Virus record (IMG/VR): IMGVR_UViG_3300037418_002332
Length of the DNA stretch: 64,000 nt
Source of the DNA: a virus
Taxonomy: Duplodnaviria; Caudoviricetes
Strand: one strand, 5' to 3'
Part shown: positions 48,291 through 57,083 of the stretch, piece by piece
How positions within the stretch are numbered: the first letter of the stretch is position 1
Layout of the letters: every line of letters starts with the position of its first letter
Program-made: the position numbers and the translations under genes
Notes under the pieces: generated by a model
Told to the model about the DNA's origin: nothing
The model's database searches: none
The model's input: the letters and a program-made list of their open reading frames with translations, nothing else

Positions 48291-50588
48291 ATGTCCATAA
48301 CAATCAAGAAGCGCAGTGGCGCCGACGAAATTCTACAAATTGACAAAATCCATAAACAACTTGAATTTGCCTGCGAAGGCATTCACAATGTTTCCGTTTC
48401 AGAAATCGAGTTGAGATCGGAACTACAGTTCTACAACAACATGACGACTGAAGAAATTCAAGAAACGTTGATTAAGACAGCTGCGGATTTGATCACTGAA
48501 GAAACACCAAATTATCAATATGTTGCTTCACGTTTGATCAACTTCGATTTGAGGAAGAAAGTTTTCGGTGATACTGAACCAAAATCAATCTACGAAATCG
48601 TAAAAGCTGGTGTTGCAGCAGGGTTCTATGAACCTGGATTGCTAGACTGGTACACTGAATCCGAATGGGATTCTATGAATCGTATGTTGAGACATGAACG
48701 TGACTTCAACATTGTTTACGCTGGAATGGAACAATTCAGACGAAAGTATCTCGTCAAAAATAAAATCACCGACCAATACTATGAAACACCTCAAATGGTT
48801 TACATGTTGATCGCAGCAACAGCTTTCAATATGGAAGAAAAATCAAAAAGACTAAAGCTGATCAAGGAGTTTTATAATGCAGTTAGTAATTTCGACATTG
48901 GCTTGCCTACTGCTATTTTGGCTGGAGTTAGAACTCCTATTCGCCAGTTCTCCAATTGTACTCTTATTGACGTGGGCGATAGTCTTGATTCCATTAATGC
49001 AGCTGCATCATCTATCGTCAAATACGCTAGCAAGAGAGCTGGTATTGGTTTCAACGTTGGTCGTCTTCGTGCTATTGGGTCTCCTATTCGTAATGGAGAA
49101 GTCACCCACACCGGTGTTCTTCCCTTCATTAAGTATCTCACTGCTGCATTAAAATCATGTAATCAAGGTGGCATTCGTAATGCTTCCGCAACATGTAATT
49201 TCCCAATGTGGCACTATGAATATGAAGACTTGGTTGTTTTGAAGAATAACAAGGGTGTTGAAGAAGCACGTAATCGTTCAATTGACTATGTCATTCAAAT
49301 CAATCAAGTTCTACTACAAAGATTGATTGACGGCAAAGACATTACATTGTTCTCACCATCTGATGTTCCTGATTTGTATGAAGCATTTTTCAGATCAAAT
49401 GCTGAATTTGAATATCTTTACAACAAGTATGAAAAAGATAAATCAATTCGTCATCGTAAGATTTCCGCATTGGAAGCTTTCAGCCAATTGATCCTTGAGC
49501 GTAAGGAAACAGGTCGTATCTATATTCAATTTGTTGATAATACCAATGAACATGGTGCATATGATAGTTCAAAGCAAATCATTACCATGACTAACCTTTG
49601 TGTTGAAATCACTCCAATCACCAAGCCTCTTGATGATGTGAATGATCCAAATGGTATTGTTTCACTATGTACTTTGGCTTCATACAATTTGGGTAATGTA
49701 AAGACACCATCTGACTTTGAACGTATGTCTTCAATCTTGGTTCGCTTCCTTGATAACATTCTAACATATCAAGATTATTTGCTTCCAGCTGCGAAACATT
49801 CAACTGATCTTTACAGAAACATTGGTATTGGCTTGACCAACTTGGCATATTTCCTTGCTAAGCATAACCAAAAATATACTGATGAATCAACTACTGAGTT
49901 TCTTGCTCCGTTCTTTGAAGCATACTCATATTACACGATCAAAGCTTCAATGGAATTGGCTAAGGAACGCGGTGCTTGCTTGGGCATCGATGATACCAAA
50001 TGGAAGCAAGGGTTGACTCCGGTTGATACATACCGCAAAACTCTTGACGAATACACCAAAAACGATTTACTTCTTGATTGGAATCAGCTAAAAAGTGATT
50101 TGAAAGAGTTTGGTGTTCGTAATGCTAATCTCATGGCACAAATGCCTAATGAGACCAATTCTCAGGTCATTAACTCAACCAACGGCATTGAACCACCGCG
50201 TTCACTAGTTTCCGTTAAGAGTTCCAAGGATGGTGCTCTTAAGCAGGTCGTGCCTGAAATTTCAAGATTGAAGAAGCGATATGAACTTCTTTGGGATCAA
50301 AAGTCTCCCGAAGGATATCTGAAAATCTGCGGTCTTTTGACTAAGTTCATTGATCAAAGTATTTCAACAAACACTTCTTACAATCCTGAGTTCTATGAAG
50401 ACAAAATCATTCCTATGTCAGTGTTGATCAAGGATTTAATTACTGCCTATCGTATGGGTATCAAGACCTTGTACTATCACCAAGAAAATGACATGGCTGG
50501 TGAAATTGAAATCAAAGCTGAAGTTCCAATCTTTGTTGAATCAACTGATTCGTTGGAAGATGAGTTCTGCGAAAGTTGTGCCATTTAA
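48291..50588 (+). CDS. nrdA: Class Ia ribonucleotide reductase alpha subunit with ATP cone
   Basis: KKRSG ATP cone; RQFSNC, TNLCVEI, LCTL, KTLYY and C-terminal CESC. Confidence 0.97.
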   Translation: MSITIKKRSGADEILQIDKIHKQLEFACEGIHNVSVSEIELRSELQFYNNMTTEEIQETLIKTAADLITEETPNYQYVASRLINFDLRKKVFGDTEPKSIYEIVKAGVAAGFYEPGLLDWYTESEWDSMNRMLRHERDFNIVYAGMEQFRRKYLVKNKITDQYYETPQMVYMLIAATAFNMEEKSKRLKLIKEFYNAVSNFDIGLPTAILAGVRTPIRQFSNCTLIDVGDSLDSINAAASSIVKYASKRAGIGFNVGRLRAIGSPIRNGEVTHTGVLPFIKYLTAALKSCNQGGIRNASATCNFPMWHYEYEDLVVLKNNKGVEEARNRSIDYVIQINQVLLQRLIDGKDITLFSPSDVPDLYEAFFRSNAEFEYLYNKYEKDKSIRHRKISALEAFSQLILERKETGRIYIQFVDNTNEHGAYDSSKQIITMTNLCVEITPITKPLDDVNDPNGIVSLCTLASYNLGNVKTPSDFERMSSILVRFLDNILTYQDYLLPAAKHSTDLYRNIGIGLTNLAYFLAKHNQKYTDESTTEFLAPFFEAYSYYTIKASMELAKERGACLGIDDTKWKQGLTPVDTYRKTLDEYTKNDLLLDWNQLKSDLKEFGVRNANLMAQMPNETNSQVINSTNGIEPPRSLVSVKSSKDGALKQVVPEISRLKKRYELLWDQKSPEGYLKICGLLTKFIDQSISTNTSYNPEFYEDKIIPMSVLIKDLITAYRMGIKTLYYHQENDMAGEIEIKAEVPIFVESTDSLEDEFCESCAI

Positions 50589-50956
50589 TGAACAATTTCG
50601 ATAAAACCCAATTGACATTGCAAATGCTCGAAAAATTTGATCGGGCAATTGCTTTGGGTGGTAAACATGTTGCCACTGAATATTTGTATTCAGGATTGGG
50701 AACCCATAATCGTGATGGCACGTTAACTAAGGAATATGGTGGTCAAAGAACAGATGATGATCACCCTGTTCATTCTAAAAAGGTAGAACCACCTGCTGCG
50801 AAAATTTCAAATCCAATTTTCACTGTTGAAATAGAACTTGAATTGGTTCAAGATTTGAAAGCAATAAGCCATCTAAATTGGAAAGATGAATTAGCAAAGG
50901 TTCTTGGTACTGAACTGGTGGTACAATACGAAGAATGGGAAAGAAACAATCCTTAA
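50588..50956 (+). CDS. Hypothetical protein
   Basis: TAATG coupling to nrdA. Confidence 0.6.
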   Translation: MNNFDKTQLTLQMLEKFDRAIALGGKHVATEYLYSGLGTHNRDGTLTKEYGGQRTDDDHPVHSKKVEPPAAKISNPIFTVEIELELVQDLKAISHLNWKDELAKVLGTELVVQYEEWERNNP

Positions 50957-50967
50957 GAGGTACAATT

Positions 50968-51123
50968 ATGCCTACAATCTATTTGGGTGTTTTTGGACTG
51001 GCAATCTCAATTTTTCTCGCAGTGATGAGAAATACTGATGTGAATGAGGAAAATAAAGATGGACAAAAAAGCGACGGCGATAACGCTGAGAGCGATCGCA
51101 GCGATGGCGGAAAAGCTGGCTGA
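50968..51123 (+). CDS. Possible small membrane protein
   Basis: GAGG RBS and one TM segment; overlaps the next ORF. Confidence 0.35.
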   Translation: MPTIYLGVFGLAISIFLAVMRNTDVNEENKDGQKSDGDNAESDRSDGGKAG

Positions 51124-51226
51124 CGATCTTACTGGCAATCGTTTGTGGGAAGGCGAATTCAATGAGGCTGCATCACAAATCAAAAAGTATGCAGCCTCAT
51201 TGCCAGATGAAAAAGGAAGATGGTAA
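51059..51226 (+). CDS. Small hypothetical protein
   Basis: Amphipathic 55-aa ORF coupled to the next gene. Confidence 0.45.
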   Translation: MDKKATAITLRAIAAMAEKLADDLTGNRLWEGEFNEAASQIKKYAASLPDEKGRW

Positions 51227-51774
51227 TGAAACTTTATACAGCACCCGATGACATTTCGGAAACAAGAAAAATCAAGGGAAACTATGATTTCAAAGTTTTT
51301 CTTGGTGGCTCGATTGAAATGGGAAAGGCTGTTGATTGGCAAAATGAAGTGGTTGATTACTTCAAGCACCAAGACCGCTTAGTGCTCTTCAATCCTCGTC
51401 GTCCTGATTGGGACTCAACTTGGAAGCAAGACCCAACTCCCGGAACTCCATTTCATGAACAGGTGAATTGGGAACTTGATGCTCTCAATGATTCAGATTA
51501 TGTTTTGTTCTATTTTGATCCAAACACCGTCAGTCCTATCACTTTGTTGGAATTGGGCATCTATTCACAACACAAAGATAAAGTTATCGTGGTCGTTTGT
51601 CCTCCCGATTATTTCAGGTATGGAAATGTTAAGATCGTTTGTAATCGTGAACGACTCATCCACTTTACGTCATTGAAGCCTGCCTTGGAATGGCTTGGCA
51701 CCGATATTCATGACGTTATCGCTTTGTCTGATCCAGACTATGAAGAAAAACAATTGAAGCCTTTGGAGAAATAA
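51220..51774 (+). CDS. Nucleoside 2-deoxyribosyltransferase-like protein
   Basis: VFLGGSIE, DWQ, FNPRR, QVNWEL and SPITLLELG motifs. Confidence 0.85.
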   Translation: MVMKLYTAPDDISETRKIKGNYDFKVFLGGSIEMGKAVDWQNEVVDYFKHQDRLVLFNPRRPDWDSTWKQDPTPGTPFHEQVNWELDALNDSDYVLFYFDPNTVSPITLLELGIYSQHKDKVIVVVCPPDYFRYGNVKIVCNRERLIHFTSLKPALEWLGTDIHDVIALSDPDYEEKQLKPLEK

Positions 51775-52889
51775 TGGAAATCAATGTTGACTACACCAAG
51801 AGAAAAATGTTTCTCAATGGTGACGTTTCAATCGCTCGTTATGATCAATTGAAATATCCAATGCTTGACACATTGGTCAAGCGTCAAAGAAGCTTCTTCT
51901 GGCAACCTGAAGAAATTCAAGATATTGGTCGTGATAAATCCGACTTCAATCTTCTTCAACCTCATGAAAAGCACATTTTCGTTTCAAACCTTTTGAGACA
52001 AACGCTTTTGGATTCAATCCAAGGTCGAGCTCCTTCTGAAGTTTTCACTCCAATCACCTCAGTTCCTGAGGCTGAAATTTGGACGCAAACTTGGGCTTTC
52101 TCTGAAACAATCCATTCATATTCATACACTTACATTGTCAGAAATATTTTTGCCAATCCAAGTGAAGTGTTTGACAAAATGCCGTCCATTCAAGAAGTTG
52201 TAGATTGCGGTGTTGATATTTCCAAATTTTATGATGAATTAGCAATTTACAATAAATTGGTTGATATTTATGGCTATGATGCAGATGTTGGCCATCACGA
52301 AATAACTCTCGATCCATTGAATGAGTATGAGCATAAGAAACGTCTTTGGAAGTGTTTGATGTCAGTTAACATTCTTGAAGGCATCCGTTTCTATGTTTCA
52401 TTTGCTTGCTCATGGGCTTTTGCCGAACGTAAGACTATGGAAGGCAATGCAAAAATCATTAAGTTGATTGCGCGTGATGAAAATCTTCATCTGGCTTCAA
52501 CACAATACATGCTTCGTGAATTGAAGAAAGAAGATGCTGACTTTGCACAAATTGCAGAAGAAACTGAATCTGAATGTATTCAAATGTTCAATGAAGCTAT
52601 TCGACAAGAAAAGGAATGGGCTGATTATCTGTTCAAAGATGGATCGATGATCGGGTTGAATGCAAACATTCTCAAGCAATACGTGGACTATATAGCAAAA
52701 CAAAGAATGAAGGCTGTTGACCTACCTTGTGAACTAGAAGTGAAAACCAACCCACTTCCATGGACAAATAAATGGATCGGTGGTAAGGAAGTACAAAATG
52801 CACCACAGGAAGTTAATATCACCAGTTATCAAGTTGGTGCTATTAAATCAGATCTTGATTCTGATTCCTTGAAAGGTTTCAAACTTTAA
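51774..52889 (+). CDS. nrdB: Class Ia ribonucleotide reductase beta subunit
   Basis: FFWQPEEI, LLDSIQGR, ETIHSYSY, LEGIRFYVSF, IARDENLH and APQE motifs. Confidence 0.97.
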   Translation: MEINVDYTKRKMFLNGDVSIARYDQLKYPMLDTLVKRQRSFFWQPEEIQDIGRDKSDFNLLQPHEKHIFVSNLLRQTLLDSIQGRAPSEVFTPITSVPEAEIWTQTWAFSETIHSYSYTYIVRNIFANPSEVFDKMPSIQEVVDCGVDISKFYDELAIYNKLVDIYGYDADVGHHEITLDPLNEYEHKKRLWKCLMSVNILEGIRFYVSFACSWAFAERKTMEGNAKIIKLIARDENLHLASTQYMLRELKKEDADFAQIAEETESECIQMFNEAIRQEKEWADYLFKDGSMIGLNANILKQYVDYIAKQRMKAVDLPCELEVKTNPLPWTNKWIGGKEVQNAPQEVNITSYQVGAIKSDLDSDSLKGFKL

Positions 52890-53116
52890 TGCCAACTGCA
52901 AATACAGTTTTAAATATCAAGCAATATTTTGATGTAGAAAATTATGAACCAACTGTTATCTATGACAACAAAATCCATGTGGTCGGTAGATTAAAAAGAA
53001 CTTACAATGATGTTGCATTTATCTATGCGCCATACATTCCATTGCAAATGGTTGGAGCACCAGCAAATACTGCAATAAAAACGGTTGGATTTAAAACGAG
53101 ATACGGCATTGTCTGA
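52889..53116 (+). CDS. Mini-protein containing a gp23 C-terminal fragment
   Basis: IYAPYIPLQM...VGFKTRY versus gp23 FYCPYVPLTM...IGFKTRY. Confidence 0.8.
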   Translation: MPTANTVLNIKQYFDVENYEPTVIYDNKIHVVGRLKRTYNDVAFIYAPYIPLQMVGAPANTAIKTVGFKTRYGIV

Positions 53117-53363
53117 GTGGCCAAAAGATACTATCTATGATCCACAAATACATGTTATCGGACGAATTGAACAAAATCAATATGATCCAGTTTTGCTTGG
53201 CATAGTCAGAAGAACGTGGCCAACGTTGCTTGCTAATTCAATTATTGGATCGCAAAATATGATGAATCCTTCAGGACAAGTATTTTCACTGAGATCAAAA
53301 TACAGTGGAGCAACTTCAAATACCCAAACAGTTATAATAAAGGACGAAATAGATGGCGAGTGA
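53109..53363 (+). CDS. Mini-protein containing a gp23 N-proximal (Gol-region) fragment
   Basis: DPVLLGIVRRTWPTLLANSIIGSQNMMNPSGQVFSLRSKYS is 20/41 identical to gp23; TTG start estimated. Confidence 0.8.
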   Translation: MSEWPKDTIYDPQIHVIGRIEQNQYDPVLLGIVRRTWPTLLANSIIGSQNMMNPSGQVFSLRSKYSGATSNTQTVIIKDEIDGE

Positions 53364-53529
53364 TTATTACAGCAGAGAACTTAGACAAAGAGCAATTGAA
53401 CTTGCAGTTATGGTAACACGAGATTCAACAACTGATATTAAAATTGTGTTGAGCGCTGCAAAAGAAATTGAAAAATACATCATGGATGGTGATGAAGAAA
53501 AAGCAAAGCTAGACCTACTAGAAGAGTAA
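53353..53529 (+). CDS. Small hypothetical protein (58 aa)
   Basis: Read by hand: MASDYYSRELRQRAIELAV...; fills the gap before the topoisomerase gene. Confidence 0.65.
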   Translation: MASDYYSRELRQRAIELAVMVTRDSTTDIKIVLSAAKEIEKYIMDGDEEKAKLDLLEE

Positions 53530-53531
53530 GC

Positions 53532-55394
53532 ATGACAGACGGAATTAAAAAACTTTCAGACTATGAGCACGTGAGATTGAGAACTGAGATGTATCTTGGT
53601 TCTCGTTCACCGCATACTCAAGAAATCATTTCCTACAATGAAGGTGTTCCAGTTCTAAAAGAATACACTTGGACACCAGCAGCATTCACAGCTTTCCGTG
53701 AAGTGTTGGACAACTCATTGGATGAAATAATCGGTCATGGTTTCGGCTCAAGAATCGATGTAGAGTACGATGAAGCTAATAAGATTTTTTCAGTGAAAGA
53801 TAATGGTCGTGGCATTCCAATCACATGGGATGACAAGGAAGAAATGCACAAGGCAACTTTGGTGTTGACTCATACTCGTGCAGGTCGTAACTTCGGTGAA
53901 CGGCAAGAAGTTGCTGGTACAAATGGTATTGGCGCGTCGGCTGTGAATTTTTGTTCAGAATTTTTTGAAGTCACAATCAATCGTGATAACACCAAGTTCG
54001 AACAAAAATTCGTTGAAGGTGAACATGAGTTGAAAATTGATCCGCCTAAGATGCGTGAAGTGAAAAGTGATGCATCAGGCACCGCAATTCGCTTTAAACT
54101 TTCATCAAAGGTGTTCAGTTCAATTCTACTTCCACTGGAATTCATACGTGATCGCCTTTATGAAGTTGCTGTATTCAATCCTCAGTTGACTGTTTACTTC
54201 AACAAGGAAAAGATCAAGGTTGGTGCGACGATTGAACGTTCCCTTTTCAACAAGGAAAAGGTGATCAAATTTGATATCAACGAAGATGGTTTCCGTTCAA
54301 CTTTCTTTGTCAAACCAAATTTCCAATTGAATTCATCTGAATATATGTTCTCGTTCGTGAACAACGTTCCAGCTTTCAATGGTGGAACTCATATGGATAC
54401 ATTTCGTCGTCAATTCATTTCAGGTGTTTTGGATGCTTTGACTCGCGAAGGCAAGAAACGTAAATTGACTCCAAATCGATCTGATGTCAATGAAGGTTTG
54501 TTGATTCTAAATCACACAAAGATGAGAGCGCCGAACTTCGACAGTCAGTCCAAAACTCGTTTGATTAACGAAGAACCTGCAAAGATCATCACAGCTGCAA
54601 TTGATGCTAAGGAAATCGCTAAGATGCTCCGTAAGCATGAAGATTGGGTTGAACAAATCTTTGAACGTTGCGCATTCCGTACAAACAAGCAAGACCAAAA
54701 GGATTTGGAAAAGGAATCAAAGAAGCTTTCACGTCGAAAAATTCCAAAACTTCGTGACGCAACCTCAAGTAATCGTCAAGATTGTATCTTGTTGCTAGCT
54801 GAGGGAGATTCAGCTATCTCCGGTTCAGCTGCGGTTCGCGATCCAAAAATCCATGCTGGATTGCCATTGCGCGGTAAAGTTCTAAACGTCAATGGTGAGT
54901 CACCAAAAACCGTCATTGACAATAAAGAACTGGCTGATATCATGTCTGCAATAGGCTTGGCCATCGGCAAAAAAGCAGTGAGAGATGATTTGCGATATGG
55001 TAGAATTTATTTGGCCCATGACGCTGATCCTGACGGTGCAAACATCGGTGCTTTATTGGTGAATTTTTTCCATACATTTTGGCCTGAACTATTTACCGAT
55101 GAAAAGAATCCATTTATAAGTGTATTCATGACTCCGTTCATCATTGCTCAAAAAGGCAAGGAACGTCGTTATTGGTATTCAGATAATTATGCTGAATTCA
55201 AGCCTGAAGATTATAAAGGCTGGTCAATCACCAGAGCCAAGGGTCTTGGTACTCTTGAAGAACCCGATTGGGAACATTCTCTGAAGTCACCAAAACTTTT
55301 CCATATAGTTGATGACGGTAAGATGAAAGAAGCTTTGGATTTGATTTTCAATGGTTCAAAGGCTGACGATCGGAAATTGTGGATGGGAATTTAG
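53532..55394 (+). CDS. gp39: Type II topoisomerase large subunit (gp39 plus gp60 fused)
   Basis: EVLDNSLDE, KDNGRGIP, GTNGIGAS; TOPRIM AEGDSA, PLRGKVLN and DADPDG. Confidence 0.96.
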   Translation: MTDGIKKLSDYEHVRLRTEMYLGSRSPHTQEIISYNEGVPVLKEYTWTPAAFTAFREVLDNSLDEIIGHGFGSRIDVEYDEANKIFSVKDNGRGIPITWDDKEEMHKATLVLTHTRAGRNFGERQEVAGTNGIGASAVNFCSEFFEVTINRDNTKFEQKFVEGEHELKIDPPKMREVKSDASGTAIRFKLSSKVFSSILLPLEFIRDRLYEVAVFNPQLTVYFNKEKIKVGATIERSLFNKEKVIKFDINEDGFRSTFFVKPNFQLNSSEYMFSFVNNVPAFNGGTHMDTFRRQFISGVLDALTREGKKRKLTPNRSDVNEGLLILNHTKMRAPNFDSQSKTRLINEEPAKIITAAIDAKEIAKMLRKHEDWVEQIFERCAFRTNKQDQKDLEKESKKLSRRKIPKLRDATSSNRQDCILLLAEGDSAISGSAAVRDPKIHAGLPLRGKVLNVNGESPKTVIDNKELADIMSAIGLAIGKKAVRDDLRYGRIYLAHDADPDGANIGALLVNFFHTFWPELFTDEKNPFISVFMTPFIIAQKGKERRYWYSDNYAEFKPEDYKGWSITRAKGLGTLEEPDWEHSLKSPKLFHIVDDGKMKEALDLIFNGSKADDRKLWMGI

Positions 55395-55523
55395 TGTGAC
55401 ATGGCGAATTGGTAGATTATGGATTGTTTGGATTGGTTTACGCATGCCCATAATTTGGTGGGCATGCAAGGACTATAAACTTAGACGCATACCATCGGCA
55501 TTTCGCCGATATTTTTCAATGAA

Positions 55524-55715
55524 ATGGAATGTAATATGCAGGGAATTCTCACTTTTCAGGTTTCGATTGATATTGGCAATGATGAATTCTGGGAAGATGT
55601 CACTCGTGCCGAAACGATTGATCTTAACATGGTATCCGAGGAAATTCAAGATGCACTTGAAAATCGAGGATTTGAAGTAAAGGTCAAGTTCTCGGAGGCA
55701 AATCTGAGGAACTAA
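55524..55715 (+). CDS. Small acidic hypothetical protein
   Basis: Compact ORF before the next gene. Confidence 0.5.
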   Translation: MECNMQGILTFQVSIDIGNDEFWEDVTRAETIDLNMVSEEIQDALENRGFEVKVKFSEANLRN

Positions 55716-55718
55716 GTA

Positions 55719-55967
55719 ATGAAGAAGATCATTCACGTTAACAGACAATTCATCGCCAACAATGCTAAAGATGGTGGTAAGCGGCCAGTTTACACAATTA
55801 AGGCATCTGGCAAAACTCGATACGGTCGTGAAGTCATTATCAATGGTCCATCAAAACTTGTATATGATGGAACTCAATTGAAGTGCGGTGCACGTGCTTG
55901 GATTGAAACGGATAGTGATATTGAAATCGTTGATGAAATGTCATTTTCAGAAGCAAAGGTAGCATGA
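55719..55967 (+). CDS. Conserved phage hypothetical protein
   Basis: IIHVNRQ ... GPSKLVY ... CGARAWIET motif. Confidence 0.7.
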   Translation: MKKIIHVNRQFIANNAKDGGKRPVYTIKASGKTRYGREVIINGPSKLVYDGTQLKCGARAWIETDSDIEIVDEMSFSEAKVA

Positions 55968-56242
55968 TACAACATCTAAAATCCTGGCCAAGATACTTTG
56001 ATGCTATTTTGGCAGGAACCAAAAAACATGATATCCGTAAAATGGATCGTCGATTTGAAATTGGCGATATTATCATGTTGGAAGAATTCGATCCAAAAAC
56101 ATCAAATTATACAGGCCGAAAGCTGAAAGCAAAAATTACATGGATTTCATCAAGTGATGAACCTTGTTCTATTGCTGAAGATGCTTTGAGTTCTGATTTC
56201 TGCGTGTTGAGTTTGGAAGTTCAATATCAAGGGATTGTATGA
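55964..56242 (+). CDS. ASCH/PUA-like (DUF3850) protein
   Basis: LKSWPRYFDAILAGTKKHDIRKMDRRFEIGD motif. Confidence 0.8.
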   Translation: MIQHLKSWPRYFDAILAGTKKHDIRKMDRRFEIGDIIMLEEFDPKTSNYTGRKLKAKITWISSSDEPCSIAEDALSSDFCVLSLEVQYQGIV

Positions 56243-56463
56243 AGGCATACATAATTTCTAATAAAGAATGGTCTGAAAAAATTTTACTTGAAATGGGATT
56301 GAAAACTCTTTCAACCACAATTGGTGAAGCTTGGCGTCGTCATGTTGGAAATAATCATAATCCAATAGATTATCCAATCATTGTTCAACGTTGGAGTGAC
56401 AAAGGTTACAAACCATTTGAAGTTGAAGTCAATTTGGTAAAGGAAAAAAATGACAAAAGATGA
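56239..56463 (+). CDS. Hypothetical protein
   Basis: ATGA overlap. Confidence 0.55.
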   Translation: MKAYIISNKEWSEKILLEMGLKTLSTTIGEAWRRHVGNNHNPIDYPIIVQRWSDKGYKPFEVEVNLVKEKNDKR

Positions 56464-56707
56464 TATTATAGCAACGCTTGACGCAAAGTGGCATAATAAA
56501 GAAAGACCAAAAACTCCATATGCTACACGTGACGGCATTGAAGATCAATATAAAGCTGGATTGATGACAAATAAAAAATTCATGATCTTTTATCTGGTTC
56601 CGAGAGATATTCCCCATGATAATGAACTTGGATTTTCTATTTACAAAGCTTGCTTTAACGATTTGGGCATTCCTATAACAAACAGTGAATATAACAATAA
56701 TGTTTGA
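56450..56707 (+). CDS. Hypothetical protein
   Basis: ORF in operon. Confidence 0.5.
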   Translation: MTKDDIIATLDAKWHNKERPKTPYATRDGIEDQYKAGLMTNKKFMIFYLVPRDIPHDNELGFSIYKACFNDLGIPITNSEYNNNV

Positions 56708-57083
56708 CGGTAAAAAAGAATTAGAGCAAGACAAACTTGCTTCTCAATGGGATGAACGAAAAACATTCGATTGGGATAGAAGTGGACTTGATTACGAAGA
56801 TAAATGGACAACCCTTGAAGCTGGTCAACGTTTGAAACGAGCAGGTGTTGATGTCAATTATGTTTATTATCCCTGCAATCTAGTATTCAACGATCATGAT
56901 CAAAAGGTTGCTAAAACTGTAGCATCAAGGCCAGTTCAAGATCTCGATGAAGTTGTTTCTTTTATGTTGAGAACACCATTGTTTGGTACTTCAATATTTT
57001 TGATGGCATTTCTTGATCAACGAAAACATTATGGTTGTTACAAAATCCGTTATTTCACATTTGATCCGAAAGTAAAACTTTGA
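56685..57083 (+). CDS. Hypothetical protein
   Basis: ORF in operon; start may be 56700. Confidence 0.55.
   Translation: MNITIMFDGKKELEQDKLASQWDERKTFDWDRSGLDYEDKWTTLEAGQRLKRAGVDVNYVYYPCNLVFNDHDQKVAKTVASRPVQDLDEVVSFMLRTPLFGTSIFLMAFLDQRKHYGCYKIRYFTFDPKVKL

Noticed and set aside
48940-50170. Several Ser-to-Asn (AAT) changes in NrdA motifs (SNC, CNQGG, PNETNS), suggesting A-to-I editing by the phage deaminase
   Set aside because: These positions vary naturally among reductases, the protein is diverged throughout, and no genome-wide pattern was evident.
47380-52889. Group I introns, inteins or homing endonucleases in thyX, nrdA or nrdB
   Set aside because: ORFs are uninterrupted and of normal length; the intervening ORFs lack nuclease motifs.
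53532-55394. T4 gene 60-type translational bypass or split topoisomerase
   Set aside because: The gp39 and gp60 domains are in one uninterrupted frame.
55351-55680. Trp-rich ORF overlapping the topoisomerase end and the next gene
   Set aside because: Extensive overlap with a more plausible acidic ORF; at most the first 45 codons look coding.
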